DNA of 64,000 nucleotides from Terriglobia bacterium (GTDB taxonomy: Bacteria > Acidobacteriota > Terriglobia > UBA7540), in contig DATDGR010000233.1 in assembly GCA_036521995.1 (NCBI GenBank), forward strand, positions 2,342 through 66,341. The letters are read 5' to 3'. This document shows positions 28,895-38,279 of the stretch, piece by piece. Under the pieces are notes generated by a model. That model was not told the origin of the DNA, searched no databases, and saw only the letters and a program-made list of their open reading frames with translations. The stretch's first letter is position 1, and every line of letters begins with the position of its first letter. The position numbers and the translations under genes were made by a program.

Positions 28895-31498
28895 CTACGA
28901 TAGGCATCGCGAGACCACCAGCGTGATGTCATCTGCCTGTTCCCGGCCGCTGAAGTGCTGAACGGTCGCGACCACCTCTTGCAAAAGGGAAGAGACCGCG
29001 CGGTGACATTGGGACGTCACCGTATCAATCAGCCGTCCTTCGCCGAATTCCTCCCCCTCGGCGTTCTCCGCCTCAGTAACGCCGTCGCTATACACAATCA
29101 GCGTGTCTCCTGGGGCGAGCTGCGTCTCCGCCACCGAGCACTCCCACTGCTCAAAGAGTCCCAGTACGGTACAGGTGGGTTCCAGACGTTCGACCGCCGG
29201 CGGCGAGCCGCCCGCTGGGCGGGAGTCCTTGCCGCGCACCAGGAGCGGCGGGAGGTGCCCGCAATTGGCGTAGCGCAGGCGCCGGGTGGAGTCTTCGTAG
29301 TCCGCAAAGAAGAGGGTGGCGTAACTGCTGTCACTGCTGTTTTCGTAGAACAATTGATTTACTGACTTGAGCAGGCGAGGCAGGTCGTCCAAGGCCACGG
29401 CGTACTGGCTGCGCAAATTGGCCTGCAGGTTGGCCATCAGCAAGGCGCCGGAGATTCCCTTTCCCGCAATGTCAGCCAGCACCAGTCCCAGGCGGCCGGG
29501 GCGGAGCTCGAGGAAGTCGTAGTAGTCTCCACCGACTTGACGAGCCTGGATGCAGCCGCCCGCGTATTGAAGAGTCCTCATCACGGGTAGCTTCTGCGGG
29601 AACAACCTGGCCTGGACTTGCTTCGCGTACTCCATTTCCTGCGCAATGCGCCGCTCAGCCTCGATTTGCTCGGCGATCTTTTCACCCAGCCGAATACTCT
29701 CGAGGGCTAGTCCTGCCTGGCTCGCCACCGAAGCCAAAAGGCGCTTGTCCTCGCGCGAGTAAGGCTCTTCCGACAGCCGGGAACCCAGTGCAATAACGCC
29801 GGTCAGGCGGCCGTCGCCCCCCAGCAGCGGGACCAGGCATTCCGGCTCGGTGGATCCGAACTCTAAAGGTTTGGAACCATCGCCGGCGGGTTGAATCTCG
29901 ATGGGCTCTCCTCGACGTCGCAACTGCTGAAGCAGGGGCGTATCAGGCGAGACCGCCGCCGGCTCAAGTGCTGCTTGCGCCGCAGTCCGCTGCAAGCGCA
30001 ACTGGCCGTCGCCTGCTTCCAGATACACGGCGATGGTGGTCGGATGGAGGGCCTGTTTGATCTCTTCCTCAAGGAGCGCAGCCAACTGCTCCCGCCGCAT
30101 AGCTTTGCGGATATTGAGGGCGAGGTTCTCCAGGATTTGGCGGGCGTCATACGCGCTTCGGAAGAAGGCGCGGTCGATCCTTTTGCTGACTCGTGAGCGG
30201 ATCTGCAAATTGACCAAGGTGGAGAGCGCACCAAAGGCGATGCCGAAGCCCAGGCTAATGGGCAGTGTGATCGGGCTACTGAGGCGCGCGAACCCGGCAA
30301 GAACGGTAATGAACAGCCAGATCGCCAGTGAGGTCACAAGGGCCGTGAGAACCAGGAATCCGCGTTGCACCAGCAGGTAGCGCGCGCTCCTCTTCAGAAG
30401 CACCGGGATTTCGAGCACGCGATGCTTGACCACGGCGTAAGCGAAGGACACAGGGAAAAGGCCTAGCAAGATGACAACGACTGCCAACAAGAAAAGGGGA
30501 ACATGAAACTTGAGAAAGTCGTTGGCCGCCAGCAAGAGCGTTCCCGGTATGACACCCCCGAGCGTTCCCCAGAGAATCACGCGAATCTTGCGCCGCGCTT
30601 CGGGGGTGCGCGTCGTGAAAGCATTTGAGGCCAGCGAAACCAGGCCCAGGATGATGAAGCCGTAGCCGTAGGACAATCGAATCAGTTCGGCGGTATTTTC
30701 CCCGGCCAGCCTGACGAGCGCGGCCGGCGCACGAGGCCCGCCGGCTGCGAGTCCTGGCAGCGCCCAGGATACGCCCAGCGCGAAGCCCAGCCACTTCAGC
30801 CACGGGGCGCGCCGGTCGAGCGGTGACCGCTCCGGAAACACGGAGAAGAAGTAGTAAAACAGCGCTCCCCCCAGACTGTCGAAGATCGCCCGGAAGGCCA
30901 GGAGGAAGGTTCGCAAAGCCGGGCCGAGATTTGCGAACGAATTGCCTGCGCCGGGAATGGCAATGAAGCCCGCGAACATGAGGGTGAGAAGCCAGACGTT
31001 CCGGTCTTCCGGGCGGAGAAACAGGATGGCGACTCCGACCACGAGGAATGGGAGCGGATACGCATTGGCGATAGCCGCGCTTACCTGCCCCGCGATGCCC
31101 CCCTCCGGCGATAGCGAGCGGCGGAGCCGGAACACGGCGTTGACCACAAACGGCGCCGCTACCCTGGGGCGCTCGACGGTCAGTTCGACCCCATCGCCGG
31201 GCCGGTGCTGCGCCCAGGCATGGCCTATGGAGTCGGAGTCTTTGATAGGCCGTCCGTTGATGGCGAGGATTTGATCTCCCGGTCTCAGGCCTGCCTTTTC
31301 AGCCGGACTGCCGGGAACAATGCTCTGAACGAGCTCTGAGTGTTCGGAGGCGAGGTAGAGGTTGGAAAAGCCCAGTTCCACCGGGACCATCTCGCGGACG
31401 GAGAACATCCAAAGGGCGCTGTACAGAATCATGGCTCCGGCAAGGAATGTCGCCAGGATTCCAAGCAGCGGTTTCGGGAGTGACAGAGACTGGACCAT
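28895..31498 (-). CDS. PDZ - multi-TM - GAF - PP2C (SpoIIE/RsbU-type) serine phosphatase
   Basis: PDZ (VQSIVPGSPAEKAGLRPGDQILAINGRPI), about 8 hydrophobic helices, a GAF-like segment, and a C-terminal SpoIIE block (GGDYYDF...LADIAGKGISGALLMANLQ...YSDGVTEA). Confidence 0.8.
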   Translation of the reverse strand: MVQSLSLPKPLLGILATFLAGAMILYSALWMFSVREMVPVELGFSNLYLASEHSELVQSIVPGSPAEKAGLRPGDQILAINGRPIKDSDSIGHAWAQHRPGDGVELTVERPRVAAPFVVNAVFRLRRSLSPEGGIAGQVSAAIANAYPLPFLVVGVAILFLRPEDRNVWLLTLMFAGFIAIPGAGNSFANLGPALRTFLLAFRAIFDSLGGALFYYFFSVFPERSPLDRRAPWLKWLGFALGVSWALPGLAAGGPRAPAALVRLAGENTAELIRLSYGYGFIILGLVSLASNAFTTRTPEARRKIRVILWGTLGGVIPGTLLLAANDFLKFHVPLFLLAVVVILLGLFPVSFAYAVVKHRVLEIPVLLKRSARYLLVQRGFLVLTALVTSLAIWLFITVLAGFARLSSPITLPISLGFGIAFGALSTLVNLQIRSRVSKRIDRAFFRSAYDARQILENLALNIRKAMRREQLAALLEEEIKQALHPTTIAVYLEAGDGQLRLQRTAAQAALEPAAVSPDTPLLQQLRRRGEPIEIQPAGDGSKPLEFGSTEPECLVPLLGGDGRLTGVIALGSRLSEEPYSREDKRLLASVASQAGLALESIRLGEKIAEQIEAERRIAQEMEYAKQVQARLFPQKLPVMRTLQYAGGCIQARQVGGDYYDFLELRPGRLGLVLADIAGKGISGALLMANLQANLRSQYAVALDDLPRLLKSVNQLFYENSSDSSYATLFFADYEDSTRRLRYANCGHLPPLLVRGKDSRPAGGSPPAVERLEPTCTVLGLFEQWECSVAETQLAPGDTLIVYSDGVTEAENAEGEEFGEGRLIDTVTSQCHRAVSSLLQEVVATVQHFSGREQADDITLVVSRCLS

Positions 31499-31527
31499 GG
31501 TCTTGAGAGGCGGTGCCGGGCCGGGCG

Positions 31528-32910
31528 TTAGTTGCGTCTGTGAATCACCATCCGGATGCCGTGTTTCGGCCTGAGGGTGACGCTCGGGAGCAATGCGATT
31601 GGGTGGCCGGGAACCAGGGTGAGGCGGAAGCCCTGAGCGATAGCGGCGAGGAGCAACGTGGATTCCATCTGTGCGAAACCGGCTCCCACGCAGACGCGAG
31701 GGCCGCCTCCGAAGGGGAAATACGCGAACCTCGGCAGCGTCCCCTGGCGAATAGAATCATTTTGCCACCGATCGGGATCGAAGCGCTCTGGATGGGGGAA
31801 AAAGCGCGGATCGCGATGCGTAACCCAAGGCGAAATGAAGACATTCGTGCCCGCTGGCAGGCGGTAGCCGCCCGCCTCGAAACCCTCCAGGGTCTCACGG
31901 CCGATGCCCCAGGCCGGCGGATAGAGCCGCAGAGACTCCTTCAGCACCCGGTCGGTGTAGCGGAGCCCAGGCAGGTCGCCGGGCGAGGGGACACGTCCGT
32001 CGAGAACCTGCTGAAGTTCGCCGGCGAGCTTTTCCTCGACCTCGGGATTCTGGCTGAGCAGGTACCACGTCCAGGAAAGGGCCAGGGCCGTGGTTTCATG
32101 CCCGGCCAGGAAGAGGGTCATGGCCTCGTCGCGAAGCTCGCGGTCATCCATCGTGCTTCCCGTTTCATCCTGCGCGCGCAAGAGCAGGCTGAGAAGGTCT
32201 TGAGATTCGCCCGAACCGTTTTGGCTACGGCGCTGGCGGATGATGGCGTAAAGAATGGCGTCGAGCTGGCGCACAGCGCGCCCCATCTTGGACACGCGGG
32301 GGATGCGGAACCACTTGGGCAGCACCATGGCCAGACGTGCATAATCGGCAAAGCGCTCCATCACCACCTGCAGCGCTTCGCCCACCTCGTGCGCTTGAGC
32401 GGACACGTCGGCGCCGAACAGGCAACGGGCCACAATCTGCAGCGTGAGCCGCATCATCTCCTGATGAACGTCGAATACTCCGCCGTCCTGCCAGGCACCG
32501 ATTGCGCGCTCCGTGCAATCGGTCATCACCTTGGCGTAGTTCAAGATGTTGTCGCGGTAGAACGCCGGCTGTACGAGCTTTCGCTGGCGGCGCCACTCCT
32601 CGCCTTCGGTGGTCAGAAGGCCGTCGCCCATGACCCCCGCCAGAGCTCGATAGTCACGCGACTTCACGAATCGCAAGGAGTTCTTGACTAAGATGGATTC
32701 AATGTCGTCCGGGTGCGCTAGCAGGCACACAGGAATATGCAGGAAGTGAAAAAGGACCACGTCGCCATACTGCCGTGCCATCCGGGTCATGAAGCCGAGC
32801 AAATCGCGCCTGAGCTCGAGCATACTTCCGATGAAAGGACGGCCCTTCGGTCCGGGCGGGAGCCCGAGAGCGCCGGCCCACTTTTGCTCTGGGGCTGCGA
32901 CGGACGTCAT
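31528..32910 (-). CDS. cytochrome P450
   Basis: Heme-binding loop FPFGGGPRVCVGAGFA, the I-helix FLAGHETTA, and ESLRLYPP (ExxR/PERF region). Confidence 0.9.
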   Translation of the reverse strand: MTSVAAPEQKWAGALGLPPGPKGRPFIGSMLELRRDLLGFMTRMARQYGDVVLFHFLHIPVCLLAHPDDIESILVKNSLRFVKSRDYRALAGVMGDGLLTTEGEEWRRQRKLVQPAFYRDNILNYAKVMTDCTERAIGAWQDGGVFDVHQEMMRLTLQIVARCLFGADVSAQAHEVGEALQVVMERFADYARLAMVLPKWFRIPRVSKMGRAVRQLDAILYAIIRQRRSQNGSGESQDLLSLLLRAQDETGSTMDDRELRDEAMTLFLAGHETTALALSWTWYLLSQNPEVEEKLAGELQQVLDGRVPSPGDLPGLRYTDRVLKESLRLYPPAWGIGRETLEGFEAGGYRLPAGTNVFISPWVTHRDPRFFPHPERFDPDRWQNDSIRQGTLPRFAYFPFGGGPRVCVGAGFAQMESTLLLAAIAQGFRLTLVPGHPIALLPSVTLRPKHGIRMVIHRRN

Positions 32911-32917
32911 TCGGATC

Positions 32918-33205
32918 CTAGGAAATACTCTCGAGGCGGTTGATCTGGTGTGCTAGATCGAAATCCTTCTGGGTGATTCCGCCGGCGCTGTGGGTGCACA
33001 GGGCCATTGTCACGCGGTTGTACTTGATGGTGATGTCAGGATGATGGTTTCCCCGCTCGGCTGCCTCGGCGACACGATTGACGAACGCCATGGCAGGCAG
33101 AAAGGATTTGAAACTGAACTGCCTCTCGATGTTGCCGCCGGCGCGCGACCACCCCGGCAGATGCTGCAGTTTCTCGCTGATCTCGGCTTCGCTTAGTGTG
33201 GCCAC
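32918..33205 (-). CDS. pterin-4-alpha-carbinolamine dehydratase (PCD/DCoH, COG2154)
   Basis: 95 aa with FVNRVAEAAERGNHHPDITIKYNRVTMALCTHSAGGIT..D. Confidence 0.85.
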   Translation of the reverse strand: MATLSEAEISEKLQHLPGWSRAGGNIERQFSFKSFLPAMAFVNRVAEAAERGNHHPDITIKYNRVTMALCTHSAGGITQKDFDLAHQINRLESIS

Positions 33206-33882
33206 GTTTGCTCCAAGGCGGAACGATGCTGGCTTAAGAACGACGGACGGTTCCGGTGGTCGGCGGCGGCCAGCTTATCTCTTACGAAATCGGCCAGCGC
33301 CGGACTCCAGAAGCCGGGCTTCGAAACGGGGAAGACAAGCTTGGCGGCCAGGGAGCCGGCATCGATGCCGGACCACCGTGAGGCGTCAGACGCAGTTTCG
33401 ATGGTTTGCCACCCGAGCGTTACCAAGGCGTCCGCTTTAGCCAAAGCGCGCGCGGCCGAGGGCTTGAAATCAGCGCGCGAGCCGTCCACGACCGCGAGGT
33501 ACAACAGCGGCTTAATGAACTCCAAGATGCTGTTGCTCTCGATCACCACCCACTCGGCTCCCTGCAGTTTTCGCCAGAGCAGCGGCAACGCGCTAGCGAG
33601 TTGCCCCTGACGTGCGCGCAGCCAGAAAGACCGTCGGGCCCCGGCTGCAAGATAGCGGCATGTGTCGCTGCGTCCTGCCGCGTCAGGTTCTTCCGTCAGT
33701 GCAAAGGGATGTTCGCTCGGGGCGCAGTCGCAGGCGCGCCCGTCGCGCGAGCAGATCCCGTGGCCGTACTGCGTGATCTTCACGGCCGTCCAGCCGAGCG
33801 GCGCAAACTCGCGGACGAGCGTCGACATCACCGAGGTCTTACCGATGTTCCGGGTGTGACCGCCGATCACGATGACTTTCAT
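33193..33882 (-). CDS. P-loop protein, MobB-like (molybdopterin-guanine dinucleotide biosynthesis adaptor-like)
   Basis: MKVIVIGGHTRNIGKTSV Walker-A-like start, then KITQYGHG and a MobB-like order. The resemblance is weak and judged by eye. The stop overlaps the PCD start by 13 nt. Confidence 0.45.
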   Translation of the reverse strand: MKVIVIGGHTRNIGKTSVMSTLVREFAPLGWTAVKITQYGHGICSRDGRACDCAPSEHPFALTEEPDAAGRSDTCRYLAAGARRSFWLRARQGQLASALPLLWRKLQGAEWVVIESNSILEFIKPLLYLAVVDGSRADFKPSAARALAKADALVTLGWQTIETASDASRWSGIDAGSLAAKLVFPVSKPGFWSPALADFVRDKLAAADHRNRPSFLSQHRSALEQTWPH

Positions 33883-33985
33883 GTGCGTTTCCGGGCGGTT
33901 CTCATTATAACGCGAGTGCAAAATACGGCAGGCCGGCAGATCGAGGTGCGGATTGTCTGGAGGACACCTGGAGTAGAATGTAGGC

Positions 33986-34624
33986 ATGATTCAGGAAGTG
34001 GTTCCCGTCGGAATGCTGCAATGCAACTGTTACATCCTCGGAGATGAGGCCACCGGTGAGGCCATGGTGATCGACCCAGGCGATGACATCGACCGCGTCC
34101 AGCAAGTGCTGGAGCGGCACCGGCTGGCTCCGAAATACATCGTCGCTACTCATGCTCACATCGATCACGTGGGTGGCATCGAGAAACTGGCGCGGGCAAC
34201 CGGCGCGGCGGTGATGATGCATCAAGAGGATCTGCCGCTCTATCAGAACCTGGCCACCCAGGCGGCCTGGCTGGGTGTCCGCTCTCCGGGCACGATCGAG
34301 GTTGATCAGTTTCTGCGGGAGGGTGATCGATTGCGATGGGGCGGGCGCTCTGTGGAGGTCCTGCATACCCCCGGACACTCACCGGGTAGTTTGTCGCTTT
34401 ATCTTCCCGGGGACGAGCAGCGGGTCTTCAGCGGTGACACGCTGTTCCAGTCCAGTATCGGCCGCACTGATCTTTGGGGTGGGTCTTACGCGGAGATTCT
34501 GAGGTCCATCGAAGGCAAACTGCTGGTGCTTCCCGATCTTATTCCGGTGTTTCCTGGACACGGCCCTTCCACGACCATCGGCGAGGAGCGCCAGTTTAAC
34601 CCATTTCTGACGGACTCCCGGTAA
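33986..34624 (+). CDS. MBL-fold metallo-hydrolase (glyoxalase II-like)
   Basis: THAHIDHVGG motif, later HTPGHSPGS and GDTLF. Confidence 0.85.
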   Translation: MIQEVVPVGMLQCNCYILGDEATGEAMVIDPGDDIDRVQQVLERHRLAPKYIVATHAHIDHVGGIEKLARATGAAVMMHQEDLPLYQNLATQAAWLGVRSPGTIEVDQFLREGDRLRWGGRSVEVLHTPGHSPGSLSLYLPGDEQRVFSGDTLFQSSIGRTDLWGGSYAEILRSIEGKLLVLPDLIPVFPGHGPSTTIGEERQFNPFLTDSR

Positions 34625-34650
34625 AGAATGCAGGGGTGGGGCTCTGAACC

Positions 34651-36291
34651 CTATTTCTGGCCCGAGCCCGCGTTCTGCTCCCGGCTGGCCACGTACTGCT
34701 TGGCGTGCGTGATCAGCGCCGCCGCCTGCGGCATCGCCTCCACGGCTTTGGCGACCAAGGGGTCATCCTCACGCTCCAGCCGCAAGGCCTCGTCCTCGCC
34801 ATAGATCATCAGGTAGAGCTGAACGCGGATGCGATGCTTCAGGAAGTCAAGGTTGTCGTTGACTTCGGCCGGCGTCACCGGGATGTGGTGGTCCGCCAGG
34901 TAGGAGTTGAATTCAGCGATCACCTCCGGCGTTACCTCGAAGTCGCGCGAGATGGTCTTGTGAAGCCCGAGGTAGCGCAGAGCGAATTCGGCAACAGCGT
35001 CGTGTTCGGCCAGCTTCTGCTCCACGTCATTCAGCTTGGTGGCTGACACTTCGATGTCCGGCGTAATTCCTCCGCCACCGTAAACCTCCCGCCCCCCGTC
35101 GGTCAGCCGCACCTGGCTCTTGGGGGTGGCTCCGTCTTCGGAGCGGTTGTAATAATCGTAGAGGGACACGTCTGAGTAGTCGCGCTGGATCAGCCGGCCG
35201 CTGGGAGTGTAGTAATGAGCCGTCGTGAGCGCCAGACCAGCGTGCTCGCTCAACGGGTAGACGGTCTGTACCAGGCCTTTTCCGAAGCTGGGCTCGCCCA
35301 TGATCAAGGCCCGGTCGTGATCCTGCAAGGCTCCGCTCACAATCTCAGCGGCGCTGGCAGTGTAGCGGTCGATCAAGATCACCATGGGATACTCGTTGCC
35401 GCTGTTGCCGCGCGTGACGTAGTAGCGCTTCTCGCGGGAGGCGCGTCCGTAGTGGTAAACAATCAGTTGATCTTTAGCCAGGAAGTGGTCGGAGACATCC
35501 ACTGCCTCCTCGAGCAGGCCGCCAGGATTGTCGCGCAGGTCGAGAACGAGCCCCTTGAAACCCTGCGCGCCGAGTTTTTTCAGCGCCTCACTCAGTTCGT
35601 CATCCGTGGTCTCATCGAACCCGTTCAGGTGGACATAGGCCACGCCGGACTTGAGCATGAAGGCGCTATCCACGGTGGGGCGCCGGATTTCGTCGCGCGT
35701 GATCGTGAACTCCACGGGCTCGTCGTAGCCTTCGCGGTGAACGCTGAGGTGAACCACCGTCCCTTTGGGACCCTTCAGCATGTCCGCCACTTGAGTCGTG
35801 GTGAGGCCTTCGGTATCCTTCCCTTCAATCTTCCAGATGGTGTCGCCCGGCCGCAGCCCGGCTCTGAAGGCCGGCGATCCCGGGATGGGCTTCTCGACGA
35901 AAGTGGTCAGCTTGCCGGCCGGGTTGAGGCGCGGACCGATCGTCATCCCCACGCCGTAGTACTTGCCCTCCTGTTCCTCGCGGATCTGAGCGAAATACTT
36001 GGGGTCAAAGAAGTTGGAGTGCGGATCGAGCGTCCGCAGCATGCCGGGAATGGCGCCCACCGGGCTATTCGGCTCCGGTCCGTAGATCGCCTTGTTCGGG
36101 TCAACGGGATCGGCGTACTCGTGCTGGATGATTTCGTAAACGTGGGTGAAATCCTTCAGTCCGGATTGCACCTCCGACTCGTCGCCGGTGGCGGCTACAG
36201 CCTGCACGCGTGGGCCGTACAGTCCACCCACCAGTGACCCCACGGCCACCGCACTAGCAACGAACCACACCAAGCGTCGAGCAGGTCTCAT
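34651..36291 (-). CDS. S41 family carboxyl-terminal processing peptidase with PDZ domain
   Basis: YYGVGM, PDZ (PGSPAFRAGLRPGDTIWKIEG), catalytic region ILIDRYTASAAEIVSGALQD and GEPSFGKGLVQ. Confidence 0.9.
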   Translation of the reverse strand: MRPARRLVWFVASAVAVGSLVGGLYGPRVQAVAATGDESEVQSGLKDFTHVYEIIQHEYADPVDPNKAIYGPEPNSPVGAIPGMLRTLDPHSNFFDPKYFAQIREEQEGKYYGVGMTIGPRLNPAGKLTTFVEKPIPGSPAFRAGLRPGDTIWKIEGKDTEGLTTTQVADMLKGPKGTVVHLSVHREGYDEPVEFTITRDEIRRPTVDSAFMLKSGVAYVHLNGFDETTDDELSEALKKLGAQGFKGLVLDLRDNPGGLLEEAVDVSDHFLAKDQLIVYHYGRASREKRYYVTRGNSGNEYPMVILIDRYTASAAEIVSGALQDHDRALIMGEPSFGKGLVQTVYPLSEHAGLALTTAHYYTPSGRLIQRDYSDVSLYDYYNRSEDGATPKSQVRLTDGGREVYGGGGITPDIEVSATKLNDVEQKLAEHDAVAEFALRYLGLHKTISRDFEVTPEVIAEFNSYLADHHIPVTPAEVNDNLDFLKHRIRVQLYLMIYGEDEALRLEREDDPLVAKAVEAMPQAAALITHAKQYVASREQNAGSGQK

Positions 36292-36510
36292 GAGACTCCT
36301 TTCCCCATGGAGCTGTTAACGAGTATAACATGTCTCCACGCCCGGAGCGCGGCCAGCGATCGGGGCATTCTGTTGGATGCGCCAGACGGTCCGGGAGAAA
36401 CGCCCGGCGGAACCGATTTTCTTCTCCTCGTCACCCGGAGCCTGCCCATTCTATTGCCGGAGTTGTCTTGGATTCCGCAGTGGTGATACACATGAGGGCG
36501 GAGGCGCAGA

Positions 36511-38238
36511 ATGAAGAGCTATCTCCCTGGAATGCCTTGGCTTATACCTTTTGTCCTGCTCATGGCTGCGATCCGGCCACCCCCACCGGCTGGGTTTGGG
36601 GCTGCGGCTCCTGAATCACAAGGATCAGAACCATGGTGGAAACATGCCGTCTTCTACGAGATCTATCCTCGCAGCTTCAAAGACACAAATGGTGACGGCC
36701 TCGGCGACCTGAATGGCATCCCTTCCAAGCTCGATTACCTGCGCGACCTGGGGGTGGACGCCCTCTGGATCACGCCCTTCTACCCCTCACCCCAGGTGGA
36801 CTTCGGCTACGACATCAGCGACTACGAAAATGTCGACCCCGCTTACGGCAACCTGGCCGATTTCGATTACTTGCTCGCCGAGGCCCATCAGCGCGGGATC
36901 AGAATTGTCCTGGACATGGTCCTGAACCACACTTCCGACCAGCACCCCTGGTTTGTGGAGTCGCGCTCCTCCCGCGACAATCCCAAGCGTGACTGGTACA
37001 TCTGGCGCGACGGCAAGAATGGAGGCCCGCCTAACAACTGGATCTCCGTCTTCGGCGGCCCCGCCTGGACGTTCGACGAAAAGACCGGTCAGTGGTACTA
37101 CCGCTACTTCTACCCGCAGCAGCCCGACTTGAACTGGCGTAACCCGGCGGTTCAAAAAGCCATGTTCGACCAGGTGCGATTCTGGCTGAAGCGCGGCGTG
37201 GACGGCTTCCGTCTCGATGCGGTCGCCAATCTTTTCGAGGATCCCAGCCTTCGTGACAATCCCCTCCTGCCGGAGCCGGTGCCCGGCTCCACCACCGAAC
37301 ACGAAGAAGACGAGGTCTACAACATGGATCTGCCGGAGGTGCACACAGCGTTGCAGAGTTTGCGCAGGGTCACCGACTCCTTTTCGGAGCGCATCCTGGT
37401 GGGCGAGACCTGGCCCAAAAACATGGCCGGTTTGCTGAAATACTACGGCCCTGAAAATAACGAGCTCCAGCTTCCCTTCAACTTTTTCTTCACCAAGGTT
37501 CCCAAGCTTGAGGCGGCGGCTTTCCGTTCCGAGGTGGAACAGACCCAGCAGGTGCTCGGGAGCCGCTGGACCACATGGGTGCTCAGCAACCACGATCTGG
37601 TCAGAGCTTACACGCGCTACGGCGATGGCCGGCATAACGACCAGATCGCCAAGATTCTCGTCACCATGCTGCTCACCCTGCGCGGCACGCCCTTCCTTTA
37701 CTACGGGGAAGAAATCGGCATGCAAAACAACGATCCCAAGACCATCGACGAGGTGCGCGACCCCGTGGGCAGGCGCAAGTGGCCCGCCGATAAAGGGCGC
37801 GACGGCGAGCGCACCCCGATGCAGTGGAATTCGAGTCCCGCCGCCGGTTTCACCACCGGCAAGCCTTGGCTGCCGATACCGGCCACGGCCGCCACCCACA
37901 ACGTGGCGAGCGAGTCCGCCGACCCGGCTTCGATTCTGAATTTCTACAAGGCCCTGCTGCGCCTTCGCCGCCAAAGTCCGGCTTTGCTGGATGGGGAATA
38001 TCAGACCCTGGGCGACGATCCTGCCGTCTTTGCCTACCTGCGCAAAACTCCGGGCGAGACGGTCGCGGTGGCGCTGAACATGTCTGCGCAGAAGCAGACG
38101 CTCGACCTCGGCAAGGCAAATCTGGGCCCGACGAGCCTCAAGGTGGTACTCAGCAGCGTGCGCTCTTCGGGCGAGCCCGTGGCCGGCAACGAACTCCGGC
38201 TTGACCCTTTCGAGGCCGTCGTGCTCAGTCGGCCTTAG
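36511..38238 (+). CDS. GH13 alpha-glucosidase / oligo-1,6-glucosidase-like enzyme with signal peptide
   Basis: WWKHAVFYEIYPRSFKDTNGDGLGDLNGI, GVDALWITPFY, IVLDMVLNHTSDQHPWF, GFRLDAV. Confidence 0.9.
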   Translation: MKSYLPGMPWLIPFVLLMAAIRPPPPAGFGAAAPESQGSEPWWKHAVFYEIYPRSFKDTNGDGLGDLNGIPSKLDYLRDLGVDALWITPFYPSPQVDFGYDISDYENVDPAYGNLADFDYLLAEAHQRGIRIVLDMVLNHTSDQHPWFVESRSSRDNPKRDWYIWRDGKNGGPPNNWISVFGGPAWTFDEKTGQWYYRYFYPQQPDLNWRNPAVQKAMFDQVRFWLKRGVDGFRLDAVANLFEDPSLRDNPLLPEPVPGSTTEHEEDEVYNMDLPEVHTALQSLRRVTDSFSERILVGETWPKNMAGLLKYYGPENNELQLPFNFFFTKVPKLEAAAFRSEVEQTQQVLGSRWTTWVLSNHDLVRAYTRYGDGRHNDQIAKILVTMLLTLRGTPFLYYGEEIGMQNNDPKTIDEVRDPVGRRKWPADKGRDGERTPMQWNSSPAAGFTTGKPWLPIPATAATHNVASESADPASILNFYKALLRLRRQSPALLDGEYQTLGDDPAVFAYLRKTPGETVAVALNMSAQKQTLDLGKANLGPTSLKVVLSSVRSSGEPVAGNELRLDPFEAVVLSRP

Positions 38239-38279
38239 CCTGCGTTGTTGATCTCGTCACTCGTCCCTGTCAGTGGCTC

